A stretch of DNA of 64,000 bases from an uncultured Methanomassiliicoccales archaeon (GTDB taxonomy: Archaea > Thermoplasmatota > Thermoplasmata > Methanomassiliicoccales > UBA472). The position numbers and the translations under genes were made by a program. Numbering within the stretch: the first letter of the stretch is position 1; every line of letters begins with the position of its first letter. Below, piece by piece: positions 51,378 through 61,003 of the stretch. Under the pieces are notes generated by a model. It was given only the letters and a program-made list of their open reading frames with translations. It had not been told where the DNA came from and did no database searches. The stretch covers positions 480,001 to 544,000 of the forward strand of contig OY968769.1 in the NCBI GenBank assembly GCA_963695345.1. Reading direction: 5' to 3'.

Positions 51378-52826
51378 ATGTCCAACAAGGTCCTGTGGTC
51401 GGGGAGGTTCAGCGGGGCGCCGGACGAGGGAACGATGGCGTTCACCTCCTCCCTTTCCGTCGATTCCGTACTGGCGTGGTATGATGCCGTCGGATCGGTG
51501 GCCCACGCCAAGATGCTGGTCAAACAGAAGATCATACCCAAGCCGGACGGCGAAAAGATAATCGCGGGACTCAAGGACATTATCGGCCAGATCGAGGAGG
51601 ACACGTTCGATTTCAATGAGACGCTGGAGGATGTCCATTCCAATATCGAGTTCAGTCTGACAGAGCGCATCGGAGAGGCGGGCGGCCGCCTCCATACCGC
51701 CCGGAGTCGCAATGACCAGGTGGCCACCGACTTCCGCATGTTCATGCGGGACGTGGTCATGGATTCCGCGGAACTCCTGATGGTGCTGCAGGGGGCGCTG
51801 ATCGAGAAAGCTAAGATGAACATAGAAACGGTCATGCCAGGATTTACCCACGTCCAGCACGCGCAACCGGTCAGCTATGGGTTCCACCTGATGGCCTACG
51901 TGTTCAAGATCCAGCGTGATGTAGACCGACTGCTGGATTCGTACAAGCGTCTGAACATCTCGCCCCTCGGTTCTGCCGCCTTGGCCGGATCCACCTATCC
52001 GATCGACAGGCACATGACCGCCGAACTTCTGGGGTTCGACGGACCGTCGCACAACGCCATGGACAGTGTCAGTGACCGGGATTTCGCTTTGGAATACTCC
52101 TTCTGCGCGGCCCTGATAATGGACCACCTGTCCTCGATGTGCGAGGAGCTGGTGCTTTGGTCAAGCCAGGAGTTTGGATTCATAGAGATATCTGACATGT
52201 ATTCGACGGGAAGTTCGATCATGCCCCAAAAGAAGAACCCGGATGTAGCCGAGCTCATCAGGGGGAGGACGGCTTCGACCTCCGGCAACCTGATGACGAT
52301 GCTGATGCTTCTGAAGGGGCTTCCGCTCTCATATAACCGCGACCTGCAGGAAGACAAGCGATCCGTCATCGCCTCCTACGATACGGTGACCTCCTGCCTG
52401 GGAATGATGGCGCCGATGATGGCAACCTTGACGGTGAACAAGGAGAGGATGCTAGCCGCCACCTCCCAGGGTTTCCTTAACGCCACGGACCTGGCCGACT
52501 ACCTGGTCACGAAGGGGGTGGCGTTCCGGCAGGCCCACGAGGTCGTGGGGAAGATCGTCCGCCACTGCATCGATCAGAACAAGAGGATAGATGACCTTGG
52601 AGTGACGGAGCTGAGGAAGTTCTCGTCGAAGATCGGCAAGGACGTGAAAGAATACATTTCGGTAGAGAGCTGCATGAGCCGCCGGACGTCGTATGGAGGA
52701 ACATCACCGACCAGCGTCGACGCCCAGATAGATGTTGCCGAGGAGATAATAAGTGGACAGGTGGAATTCTGCGAGGCGGAGAGGAACCGCATGGTAAAGG
52801 TCTGGAACGACCTGCTCCGATCCTAG
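51378..52826 (+). CDS. argH: Argininosuccinate lyase
   Basis: LWSGRF, HTARSRNDQ, MPGFTH, GSSIMPQKKNPD, YNRDLQ; ends in TAG. Confidence 0.96.
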   Translation: MSNKVLWSGRFSGAPDEGTMAFTSSLSVDSVLAWYDAVGSVAHAKMLVKQKIIPKPDGEKIIAGLKDIIGQIEEDTFDFNETLEDVHSNIEFSLTERIGEAGGRLHTARSRNDQVATDFRMFMRDVVMDSAELLMVLQGALIEKAKMNIETVMPGFTHVQHAQPVSYGFHLMAYVFKIQRDVDRLLDSYKRLNISPLGSAALAGSTYPIDRHMTAELLGFDGPSHNAMDSVSDRDFALEYSFCAALIMDHLSSMCEELVLWSSQEFGFIEISDMYSTGSSIMPQKKNPDVAELIRGRTASTSGNLMTMLMLLKGLPLSYNRDLQEDKRSVIASYDTVTSCLGMMAPMMATLTVNKERMLAATSQGFLNATDLADYLVTKGVAFRQAHEVVGKIVRHCIDQNKRIDDLGVTELRKFSSKIGKDVKEYISVESCMSRRTSYGGTSPTSVDAQIDVAEEIISGQVEFCEAERNRMVKVWNDLLRS

Positions 52827-52881
52827 ACCGGTTAGGATAGTTACTTAATGGAGCCGTAAAAAAAGGCTCCGGCGTTCCCTT

Positions 52882-53250
52882 TCAATCCTCGGCCGAGCTC
52901 AAGGCGTTCCACTGCATCTCGTGATGCACTCCGCCTTTGGTGAGGATCTTGCTCATCTTTTCCGCCACCCGGACGACCTCGCCGCTCTTCGACGAACCCC
53001 GAATGTAGAACTCTTTGCGGGTCATCGGGAAGACCAGCCTCATGCGGCCTTTCCGGTTGTATCCCTCAGGCTTCTTGTTATGCTCCAGTTCAGCCTGGTT
53101 GAGGTAGATGAACATCTGCATTACGTCCGGATCCTCGGGAACCTGGTCGGTTTCCTGCAGGAATGTTGTGAGCACCTCCGGGAAGACCTTCGCCACGTCC
53201 TTGTAGTCTGTGTCATCCTTCAATACGAAATGCCCGCTTGACGCCTTCAT
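52882..53250 (-). CDS. Hypothetical protein
   Basis: ~122-aa ORF with host-like codon usage; no recognised motif. Confidence 0.65.
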   Translation of the reverse strand: MKASSGHFVLKDDTDYKDVAKVFPEVLTTFLQETDQVPEDPDVMQMFIYLNQAELEHNKKPEGYNRKGRMRLVFPMTRKEFYIRGSSKSGEVVRVAEKMSKILTKGGVHHEMQWNALSSAED

Positions 53251-53638
53251 CAACTCATTCGATGAATATCAGTCTATTTAACCTTTATTCAGATATCGAA
53301 CATTGTGTCGTTTGCCGAAGGTCCACTTATGTATGGCCAGATATGAGAATTTTGCCCAGTAGGACCGGCAGAATGAAATGGATATGGTCATGATCACGCG
53401 GAACTTCCTAGAATTGCCCACCCTGGTGGTGATTAGAATGGACCATCTTCAGACGTATCATTTGGATTGATAGGGGAAAGTGTGATTAATCCGGTTTGGA
53501 AATGGCGGGCATTTGAGCACTTCCTCTAAGAATGAATGGGCCTAACTGATTCCATCAGGGAAAGGAAGGACGGCCTCAGATTTGACATTATAAGAAGGAA
53601 TGAAGGCTTGAGCCATTAAATGGAAATCACGGCCAACA

Positions 53639-54460
53639 TCAGACCACCTTATCCCCCCTCTTCCTGGGAATAATCTCCTTGTCTACGATATTCCCATAGG
53701 GACAGGCGATGTTGCATATGGTGCATTCCATAAACCCCCTTTCTGTAGTGTGACGTATGTATTTTTCATGCTTGGGCTCGATGTTCCTGTCGAACTCATG
53801 GGATACGACACACTTTGCATAGTCCACTTTCTTCCCTGGTTCCACACCTTGCGATGGTCCAGGAATGATGGCCTGGTAAGGACAGGACTTGACACAGAGG
53901 GATTCATTCTTGCATAGAAGCTGCTCAGCACATAGGTTCCTGGTAAATGGTTTGTCTGGAATTAGGTCAGCGTCGATCAGTATCGTCACCCACCTTACCC
54001 TTGGGCCGTATTCAGGAGTGATCACTTGTGTGTTATGCCCGATGAAGCCGAGACCGGCCAGGTGGGCTGCCACCTTCTCGTGAACGGCGTGGGTCGGAAC
54101 CGCTTTGATTTTTTTGGAGTCGTGCAACCAATCAGCTATCCGCCATGCTCGTGTTTCCAGAACCTCGTAATACATGTTGAGATAATCGGCTACGCCACCG
54201 CTGAAATCGCCATTCCCCACTGCTGCCACAGCAGTGTTCAATGCTTCATCCCATATCACCATTCCAAGGACCACGGCTGACCTAGCGTTCTTCATCACTT
54301 CGGAGGGACGCATGAGGCCTCTGCCTGCTGGAAATTCCACACCCTCCAGCCTGTTAATGTCAGATACTCCAAAAAGCTGGAATCCCATCTCCATGGCCTT
54401 GATCTTCAGCTCTTGCCTCAAGTCGGTCGCACAGTTGTCGCTTTCAGAAATTTGGGTCAT
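53639..54460 (-). CDS. Epoxyqueuosine-reductase (QueG)-like Fe-S protein
   Basis: KVAAHLAGLGFIGHN, TPEYGPRVRW, Cys clusters C-x4-C-x5-CVKSCP and CTICNIACP. Confidence 0.75.
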   Translation of the reverse strand: MTQISESDNCATDLRQELKIKAMEMGFQLFGVSDINRLEGVEFPAGRGLMRPSEVMKNARSAVVLGMVIWDEALNTAVAAVGNGDFSGGVADYLNMYYEVLETRAWRIADWLHDSKKIKAVPTHAVHEKVAAHLAGLGFIGHNTQVITPEYGPRVRWVTILIDADLIPDKPFTRNLCAEQLLCKNESLCVKSCPYQAIIPGPSQGVEPGKKVDYAKCVVSHEFDRNIEPKHEKYIRHTTERGFMECTICNIACPYGNIVDKEIIPRKRGDKVV

Positions 54461-54786
54461 TGCTTCGCAACATTCTTTGTGGATTTATAAAATTTATCTC
54501 AAACAAGATTTCGGTTCACCTATTGAGCCCAAAATCATTGTTCGTTCATGTTAAGATCTCCAGACAGCCCATCATCTGGATTGCTTCGAATCGGATCGAA
54601 TAGCTCTTTTCCACACTTTGCTAAGACAAGGGACAAAATGGTCACCTCAACGATGAGCCCCAGCCCGGGCTTCCACCCGCCATTCCAAGGTATGAAAGAT
54701 CCTCTATTATTGATCTTTACCCTTGATATCTTATCTGGATTATTACCTGGCACATTTGTTTAAATCGGAGAAACCAATATCTTGGC

Positions 54787-56100
54787 ATGCCTACGGTCCT
54801 GACCATCGCAGGAACTGATTCCGTCGGAGGGGCGGGCGTGGCCGCCGATCTCAAGGCCTTCTCGTCGATGGACCTGCATGGTTGTTGCGTTATCACGGCC
54901 GTCACATCTCAGAATACCCAGAAGGTATCCGGTATCCACCCGGTTCCGGCGGAGATGGTGGCTTCGCAGCTCGACGCCGTTTTCCAGGACATCAAGATCG
55001 ATGCGGTCAAGACTGGCATGATCTATTCCGCAGAGATAGCCGAGGTCGTTGCTGGTAAGATCGAGGAGGAACAGGTCCCACTGGTGGTGGACCCGGTACT
55101 CTGCGCGGGTGTCGGTACGTCCCTTTTCCGAGAGGACCTCAGGTCCGCCGTTTTCACCCGCCTTTTCCCACTGGCCACGGTCGTGACCCCAAACCGGATG
55201 GAGGCGGAGGAATTCTCTTCCATCAAGATCCGGGATGACCAGGGCTCGGAGGAGGCCTGCAACGCCATCTCCTCCAGCGGAGCCCGGGCGGTACTGCTGA
55301 AAGGTGGACATTTCGAAGGTCCCCTGGTCACCGACCTTCTCCTCCAGGACGGGCAATTCACCGAGTTCACTTCCCCACGGCTCCCGATCAAGGTGCATGG
55401 TTCTGGGTGTACCCTCTCATCGTACATCGCCGGATACCTCGCCCAGGGATGCGACGTCAAGAGGGCGGTCTCTGGCTCGAAAAGACGTGTGCAGGACGCC
55501 ATTGCCATGTCATCCACCCTCGGGAAGGGCATGGCCATCGTCAATCCCATGGCGACAAAGCAGAAGGAGGCGATGCGCTACCCTCGGATAGGATCGATGC
55601 GTAAAGCGGTGGCGTCCCTCGCTCGGCACCTGCCGGATTCTATTGTCCCCGAGGAAGGGATGGAATTCGTGTATGCCCTTCCAAATCCACAGGACTTTCA
55701 GGAGATATGCGGTCTGGAGATCGGCAAGTTCAGATCGGCCGGAGGATGTGAACCCCAACGCGACGTGGCCTTCGGGACAAGGGGCTGGATATCCAGCGCG
55801 ATCATGATGACCTGCATCGAACACCCGGAACTGCTATCGGGGATAGAACTGAGGTACTCCCAACGGACCGAACGGATGCTACTTGAACAGGGGATCTCCA
55901 CATTGGTGACCAGGTACCGCAGGGACGAGGATGTCCTGGTGACAATAATCGAGGGAGCTGACCGTCCATCCAAACAATTAGGTTTATTATCAGGTTCAAT
56001 ATTAAAGCTGGAAGGAATGGGAATAGAACCGAGGATCGGTCTATTGGGCAAGGACCCTGATGAAATACTAAAAATGATCGGCCCTTGCTTGGATGGGTGA
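54787..56100 (+). CDS. thiD: Hydroxymethylpyrimidine/phosphomethylpyrimidine kinase with a divergent ThiN-like C-terminal domain
   Basis: TIAGTDSVGGAG, KTGM, DPV, TPN..E, KGGH, HGSGC. Confidence 0.9.
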   Translation: MPTVLTIAGTDSVGGAGVAADLKAFSSMDLHGCCVITAVTSQNTQKVSGIHPVPAEMVASQLDAVFQDIKIDAVKTGMIYSAEIAEVVAGKIEEEQVPLVVDPVLCAGVGTSLFREDLRSAVFTRLFPLATVVTPNRMEAEEFSSIKIRDDQGSEEACNAISSSGARAVLLKGGHFEGPLVTDLLLQDGQFTEFTSPRLPIKVHGSGCTLSSYIAGYLAQGCDVKRAVSGSKRRVQDAIAMSSTLGKGMAIVNPMATKQKEAMRYPRIGSMRKAVASLARHLPDSIVPEEGMEFVYALPNPQDFQEICGLEIGKFRSAGGCEPQRDVAFGTRGWISSAIMMTCIEHPELLSGIELRYSQRTERMLLEQGISTLVTRYRRDEDVLVTIIEGADRPSKQLGLLSGSILKLEGMGIEPRIGLLGKDPDEILKMIGPCLDG

Positions 56101-57265
56101 AGAGATGAGAATAGCCATGTTCACGGACAGTTACCTCCCGTCAAGGGACGGAGTGGTGACTTCCATACTTCTTTCAAGAAAGAGCCTGGAGGCTCTTGGC
56201 CATGAGGTCATCATCTTTGCCCCGGAACCGAAGGACCCCAAACAGCGGGAGGACGGGGTCTATTATTTCCGGTCCAAGAGCTTCAACTCCTACCAAGGGT
56301 ACTCCATACCCATGTTCCCCACCGACAAATGCCATATCCTGAAGAAGCTAGACGTGGACATCATCCATGCGCAGGGACTTCTCTTCATGGGTCTCAGGAG
56401 CATGCTCGCCGGAAGGACCCTGAGGTTGCCGGTGGTCGTTTCCTTTCACACGATGATCACCGATGCGGCCAAGTTCTACAATTTCACACCGTTACCGGAC
56501 TGGGTCGTCACAAGGCTCATGTGGACCTATCTCAAGGACCTGCTGAAACGGGCCGACTCGGTGATCGTCCCGACGAACGCCATCAAGGTCGAGCTCGAGG
56601 AATCGGTGAAGCGGATGAGGCACATCGAGGTCATACCGACCGGGGTGGACACCACCATGTTCAGTCCGCTGAACGACGGTTCCGCCATGCGGAAGAAATA
56701 CGGCCTGGATGGAGGCAAGGTCATCCTGACAGTGGGCAGGATCGCCTGGGAAAAGAACCTGGACCTGATCATGGAAGGGTTCAAGATCCTGCACGAGCGG
56801 GACCCTGAGACCAAGCTCATGGTGGCCGGCGAAGGGCCGGCGAAAGGCCACGCCAAGCAAAAGGCTATCGACCTGGGGATCCAGAACAGCACCTTCTTTC
56901 CCGGGTTCGTACCGGACGAAGACCTTCCTGGATTGTACGCGGCCTGCGATGCGTTCACCATCGCCTCGAAGTTCGAGACCCAAGGACTGGTCGTCCTGGA
57001 GGCCATGGCGACGGGAAAGCCATGCAGCGGCATCAACTACCGGGCGATAGCCGAGATCATAAAGAACAACGTGAACGGCTTCACGTTCTCGGAGAGCCCG
57101 GAAAGTTGGGCGATCGCCACCCAGATGGCCCTGGGATCGAATGGCAGTTTATCGGCCCAGGCAAGGGCGAGGGCCGAGGAGTACTCCCTGACGGAGAGCG
57201 CCAAGAAGCTGGTGGACCTCTATGAGTACGCCATCGAGGCGAAGAAGAAGAGACTGGCCAGGTAA
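56093..57265 (+). CDS. Glycosyltransferase family 4
   Basis: FTDSYLP..DGV, IPTGVD, VGRIAWEKN, ETQGLVVLEAMA. Confidence 0.9.
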   Translation: MGEEMRIAMFTDSYLPSRDGVVTSILLSRKSLEALGHEVIIFAPEPKDPKQREDGVYYFRSKSFNSYQGYSIPMFPTDKCHILKKLDVDIIHAQGLLFMGLRSMLAGRTLRLPVVVSFHTMITDAAKFYNFTPLPDWVVTRLMWTYLKDLLKRADSVIVPTNAIKVELEESVKRMRHIEVIPTGVDTTMFSPLNDGSAMRKKYGLDGGKVILTVGRIAWEKNLDLIMEGFKILHERDPETKLMVAGEGPAKGHAKQKAIDLGIQNSTFFPGFVPDEDLPGLYAACDAFTIASKFETQGLVVLEAMATGKPCSGINYRAIAEIIKNNVNGFTFSESPESWAIATQMALGSNGSLSAQARARAEEYSLTESAKKLVDLYEYAIEAKKKRLAR

Positions 57266-57267
57266 TG

Positions 57268-58440
57268 TCAGACCATTTGCCGGTAGGACCTGTCCCACTC
57301 ATTGGCGATGACGTCCCAATCGAACCTTTCCACTGCCCGTTCCCTCGAATTCCTTCCCATTTCTACCCTCCTCACCCGGTCGGTGAGCAGCCCAATCATG
57401 CTCCTGGCCAATGCCTCCGGGTCCCTGGGCGGGACTATCTCGCCGCACTCGGGAGACACTATCTCCCGGTTCCCCCCGGCCGATGTGGCGACGACCGGTT
57501 TTGCGCTTGACAATGCCTCATAGAGGACCACCGCGCTTGGTTCGTAGAGAGAAGGCAGGGCGAAGATATCGGCCATGCCGTAGTAGAGGGGCAGTTCTGG
57601 CTCAGGGATCCCGGTGACGAACCTGACCGACCCCCCAAGACCTAGCGAGGACGCCTGCTGTGTCAGCCTCTCCTTCAGAGGACCTCTTCCGATTATTACC
57701 AGTTGAGCATCCTTTATCTCCCTCCGGACGGCGGAGAACGCGTCGATCAGATATCGGAATCCCTTCTGTTCGATGAGCCTGCCGTTGGATAGGATGATCG
57801 GCCCCTCCCCCATGCCAAGATCCTCTCGTAGCCCGGAAAAGTCGAGGCCGGGCTTGAACTTGGAGGTGTCCACGCCGTTGTAGACCACGGAACAGCGCCC
57901 ATGTATCGGGTCAGGTATGGTGTCGACCATGGCGGCTTGGCTGACGCAGTTGATACGGTCGCACATGGAGAATATCCAGTTCCCTATCATGTCATCGTAT
58001 AGCCCGCCCCAGAAATCAACGCTTGGCGAGATCCCCCGGGGTCTGGCATTATGAATGGTCAGCATGAGCTTCTTCCCTATCGCGCGTTTCACCTTGCGGT
58101 AGGTGGAGGGCGAGTACCAGAACCGGTTGTGCACATGGAAAATGTCGCTATCCGCACTCTCCCTGGTCATGTCCCGGTTGATGGAGGGCGTGAAAGTGAA
58201 GGGAGGGGGAAGGAATAGCGGCATCCTTTCAAAGAACACGGAAGGTGAGCGGATGACATTGATCCCTTTGATGTCTTCCCTCCGGACACCTTTGGCCTGA
58301 GGGATCATCGAGGTAATCACGTCCACATGGTATCCGTGGTCCCTGACCAGGCGGCTTCCCACCTCCAGAACTACCTTCTCAGTCCCTCCGTAGTAAGGGA
58401 AGAACAAGGGGTCCAACATGCAGACTCTGAGACCGTTCAC
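57268..58440 (-). CDS. Glycosyltransferase family 4
   Basis: PYYGGTE, YNGVD, GRLIEQKG, PSLYEPSAVVLYEA; start uncertain (GTG 58440). Confidence 0.88.
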   Translation of the reverse strand: MNGLRVCMLDPLFFPYYGGTEKVVLEVGSRLVRDHGYHVDVITSMIPQAKGVRREDIKGINVIRSPSVFFERMPLFLPPPFTFTPSINRDMTRESADSDIFHVHNRFWYSPSTYRKVKRAIGKKLMLTIHNARPRGISPSVDFWGGLYDDMIGNWIFSMCDRINCVSQAAMVDTIPDPIHGRCSVVYNGVDTSKFKPGLDFSGLREDLGMGEGPIILSNGRLIEQKGFRYLIDAFSAVRREIKDAQLVIIGRGPLKERLTQQASSLGLGGSVRFVTGIPEPELPLYYGMADIFALPSLYEPSAVVLYEALSSAKPVVATSAGGNREIVSPECGEIVPPRDPEALARSMIGLLTDRVRRVEMGRNSRERAVERFDWDVIANEWDRSYRQMV

Positions 58441-58708
58441 GGCATCCAGTTTGATATTGTGCAACGGTATAAAAACATTGATAAAAGGCAATCCCAGGAT
58501 AGGGCGGGACGTTCTCTTGATCATTTCGACACGGCCGGACGGCCCAAGATGGGACTTTAGAAAATAGCGTCGTGAAGACAAGCGAAAGCAATATTAACGA
58601 ACATTTGTTCAGCGTCCTTGAGATGTTCGATATTGGCGTCGTTGATCGGCGTCATCGCGATAAGCCTGACCCTTTCAGAGCTGATACGCAAGAAATTGGT
58701 GATGACAT

Positions 58709-59788
58709 ATGAAAGTGGTCGAAGTAAACGCGTTCCATTACCCGTACATGGGCGGCATCGAACACCGCATACACCACCAGTCCCGCCGGTTGGGAAAGAA
58801 GCACAAGGTTACGGTGCTTACGTCCCGCCTTCCCGGCACACCCGAAAGGGAGCGGATGGACAACTATGATGTGGTACGGCTTGACTCGAGATATGTCAAC
58901 CTTTACAATCCCCCCCATGTCACCACTCCAGGCATCCTCGAGGCGCTGGATGAGCTGGACCCGGACATAGTCGACTTTCATTACCGGTGGTCGGGGACCT
59001 ACAACAAGGCGGCCCGCGTCTATGACGGTGCCAAGACCTTCACTTTTCACAACACCTTTGGCGAGGGCGTCGGGTTCCTAAGACCGCTGTCCATCCTCAA
59101 CGACAGTCTCTGGAAACGTCACCTCCTGAAGTTCAGGAAGATGATCTGCGTCAGCGAGTTCGTCAGGAACGACCTGATATCCAGAGGCTTTGACCCCGAT
59201 CGGTTGGAGGTCGTCTCCAGTTGCATAGAGATGCCCCTGCCGAGAGATACGGAGGAACAGGACTACGTCCTGTTCGTGGGAAGACTGGTCGCCACCAAGG
59301 GCATTCCGTACATCCTGCAGGCAATGAAAGATGTCGATACCCGCCTGGTCATATGCGGGGACGGGCCTTCCCGGCATAGCCTGGAACGGATGGCGGTTAA
59401 ACTTGGGGTCAGAGATAAGGTTACTTTCGAAGGCAGGGTGTCTGAGGAAAGAAAGGCTGACCTATTCGCCGGATGCAAGATGCTCGTTATGCCCTCGATC
59501 TTCGAATCGTTGGGACTGGCAGCGGCAGAGGCGATGTCGTATGGGAAACCAGTCATAGGCTCGACCTCGGGAGGTCTCCCGGAGGTGGTGGGGAATGGAG
59601 GCCTGGTCGTTCCGCCCGAGAACTCCCGTGAACTCGCCGAGGCGATGAAGAAACTGCTCATGGACGATGAGCTCAGACATTCCCTGGGGGCGAAGGCAAA
59701 GATAAGGGCAGCCCAATACTCCTGGGACCTGGCAGTGGAGAAGATCGAGAATATCTATTCATCGATCATGTCAGATTCAAAACAATAA
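58709..59788 (+). CDS. Glycosyltransferase family 4
   Basis: PYMGGIE, VGRLVATKG, PSIFESLGLAAAEAM. Confidence 0.9.
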   Translation: MKVVEVNAFHYPYMGGIEHRIHHQSRRLGKKHKVTVLTSRLPGTPERERMDNYDVVRLDSRYVNLYNPPHVTTPGILEALDELDPDIVDFHYRWSGTYNKAARVYDGAKTFTFHNTFGEGVGFLRPLSILNDSLWKRHLLKFRKMICVSEFVRNDLISRGFDPDRLEVVSSCIEMPLPRDTEEQDYVLFVGRLVATKGIPYILQAMKDVDTRLVICGDGPSRHSLERMAVKLGVRDKVTFEGRVSEERKADLFAGCKMLVMPSIFESLGLAAAEAMSYGKPVIGSTSGGLPEVVGNGGLVVPPENSRELAEAMKKLLMDDELRHSLGAKAKIRAAQYSWDLAVEKIENIYSSIMSDSKQ

Positions 59789-59818
59789 TGGAAAACGGTT
59801 TGAAAAGTGATAGCCCGA

Positions 59819-60724
59819 TCACACGAAGGTGACAAGGGTTATCGTGAACGTCAGCGTTTTTCCGATGAGCTCAGTGTTGGCGTTCCTCGATGCCGTTCCG
59901 GCGGCGGTGCTTACGTTGTCCAGTATGAACAATGTCCCCGCCGAGTCCACACCGCGGACCATTCCAGAGTCGGTGTCAGTTATATCGTGGACCAGGACGA
60001 TCTGCCCCGCTTCGGAGATGGAGGTGTCAACGGTCGTCACCGTGATGTTCCATCCGGCCGCGCTTTGGGTGGAATTACTGAATATGAGGTATTTCTGACC
60101 CTGCACCGGTGCGTTCTGGACCCTGACATTGTCCGCTTCGGAGTTGGCGATCAGCACATTGACCGGCCACTTGTAGACCGGGTCGGTGACCGTCATCCCT
60201 GCCACTGCGGTGACCGAGTAGATCGTCTTGAACTGGGCGAACGACATGTTCTCGTAGACGGTCTTGGTCTCGGTCAGGGTGAAGTTCTTGACCTTGCTCT
60301 GGACCAGGTTTCCATATCCTTCCGAGGGAGGGATATCGACCGTCTTGGTCTCTCCGACCTTCATTCCGATGACCGCGTTATTGAAACCGGTGATCAGAGA
60401 ACCCGATCCAACCGTGAACGACAGCGGTGTGTAGGATGCGTTGGACCTAAGGGTGAATGACAATGATTTTGGAACCGATGCATCATTTGCTACGCTGGCC
60501 AGGGATGTGTCAAAGACCCTTCCGTCCGCCAGCTTGCCGATGTAATCGACCTTGACCGTGTCCCCGGTGGCGACCGCGCGGTTCTTCTTGTTCGTTTCTT
60601 CCTGATTTCCCTGGTAAAGTACTATGACGAGCGTGCTCGCGCTCAGCATGACGAGGACGATGATGATTATCAGCGCCGTCTTAGCCAGACCGCTCGTGTC
60701 ATTCTTCAACTTCTTCGGGAACAT
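59819..60724 (-). CDS. Membrane-anchored/exported FKBP-type PPIase
   Basis: N-terminal TM helix; GDTVKVDYIG..DGRVFDTS, GFNNAVIGM, PPSEGYG, GKTLTFTI. Confidence 0.82.
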   Translation of the reverse strand: MFPKKLKNDTSGLAKTALIIIIVLVMLSASTLVIVLYQGNQEETNKKNRAVATGDTVKVDYIGKLADGRVFDTSLASVANDASVPKSLSFTLRSNASYTPLSFTVGSGSLITGFNNAVIGMKVGETKTVDIPPSEGYGNLVQSKVKNFTLTETKTVYENMSFAQFKTIYSVTAVAGMTVTDPVYKWPVNVLIANSEADNVRVQNAPVQGQKYLIFSNSTQSAAGWNITVTTVDTSISEAGQIVLVHDITDTDSGMVRGVDSAGTLFILDNVSTAAGTASRNANTELIGKTLTFTITLVTFV

Positions 60725-61003
60725 AGTGATTACAGGGCACGCAATCGATTCTCTGCACTTAAACCTTGTCGTTATTGCTGGCTATGGCCTCAAGGCTCCT
60801 CCGGGACCTCGAATAACCGGTGTCCTTTGCGCATAGGAGGCATCGAGCCTCAATTTGGCTCCGTCTAATTTCTAGCGTGCGTTCGTCCTTACTATTCTGA
60901 TCCTTGATGGCCAGTCTCGAAAAAATTCAAGGACGATGTACTCTCCGGACATTCTTTTTATATCACACGGGCGTTTATTGGCTCATTCGATAATGGCGAT
61001 AAG

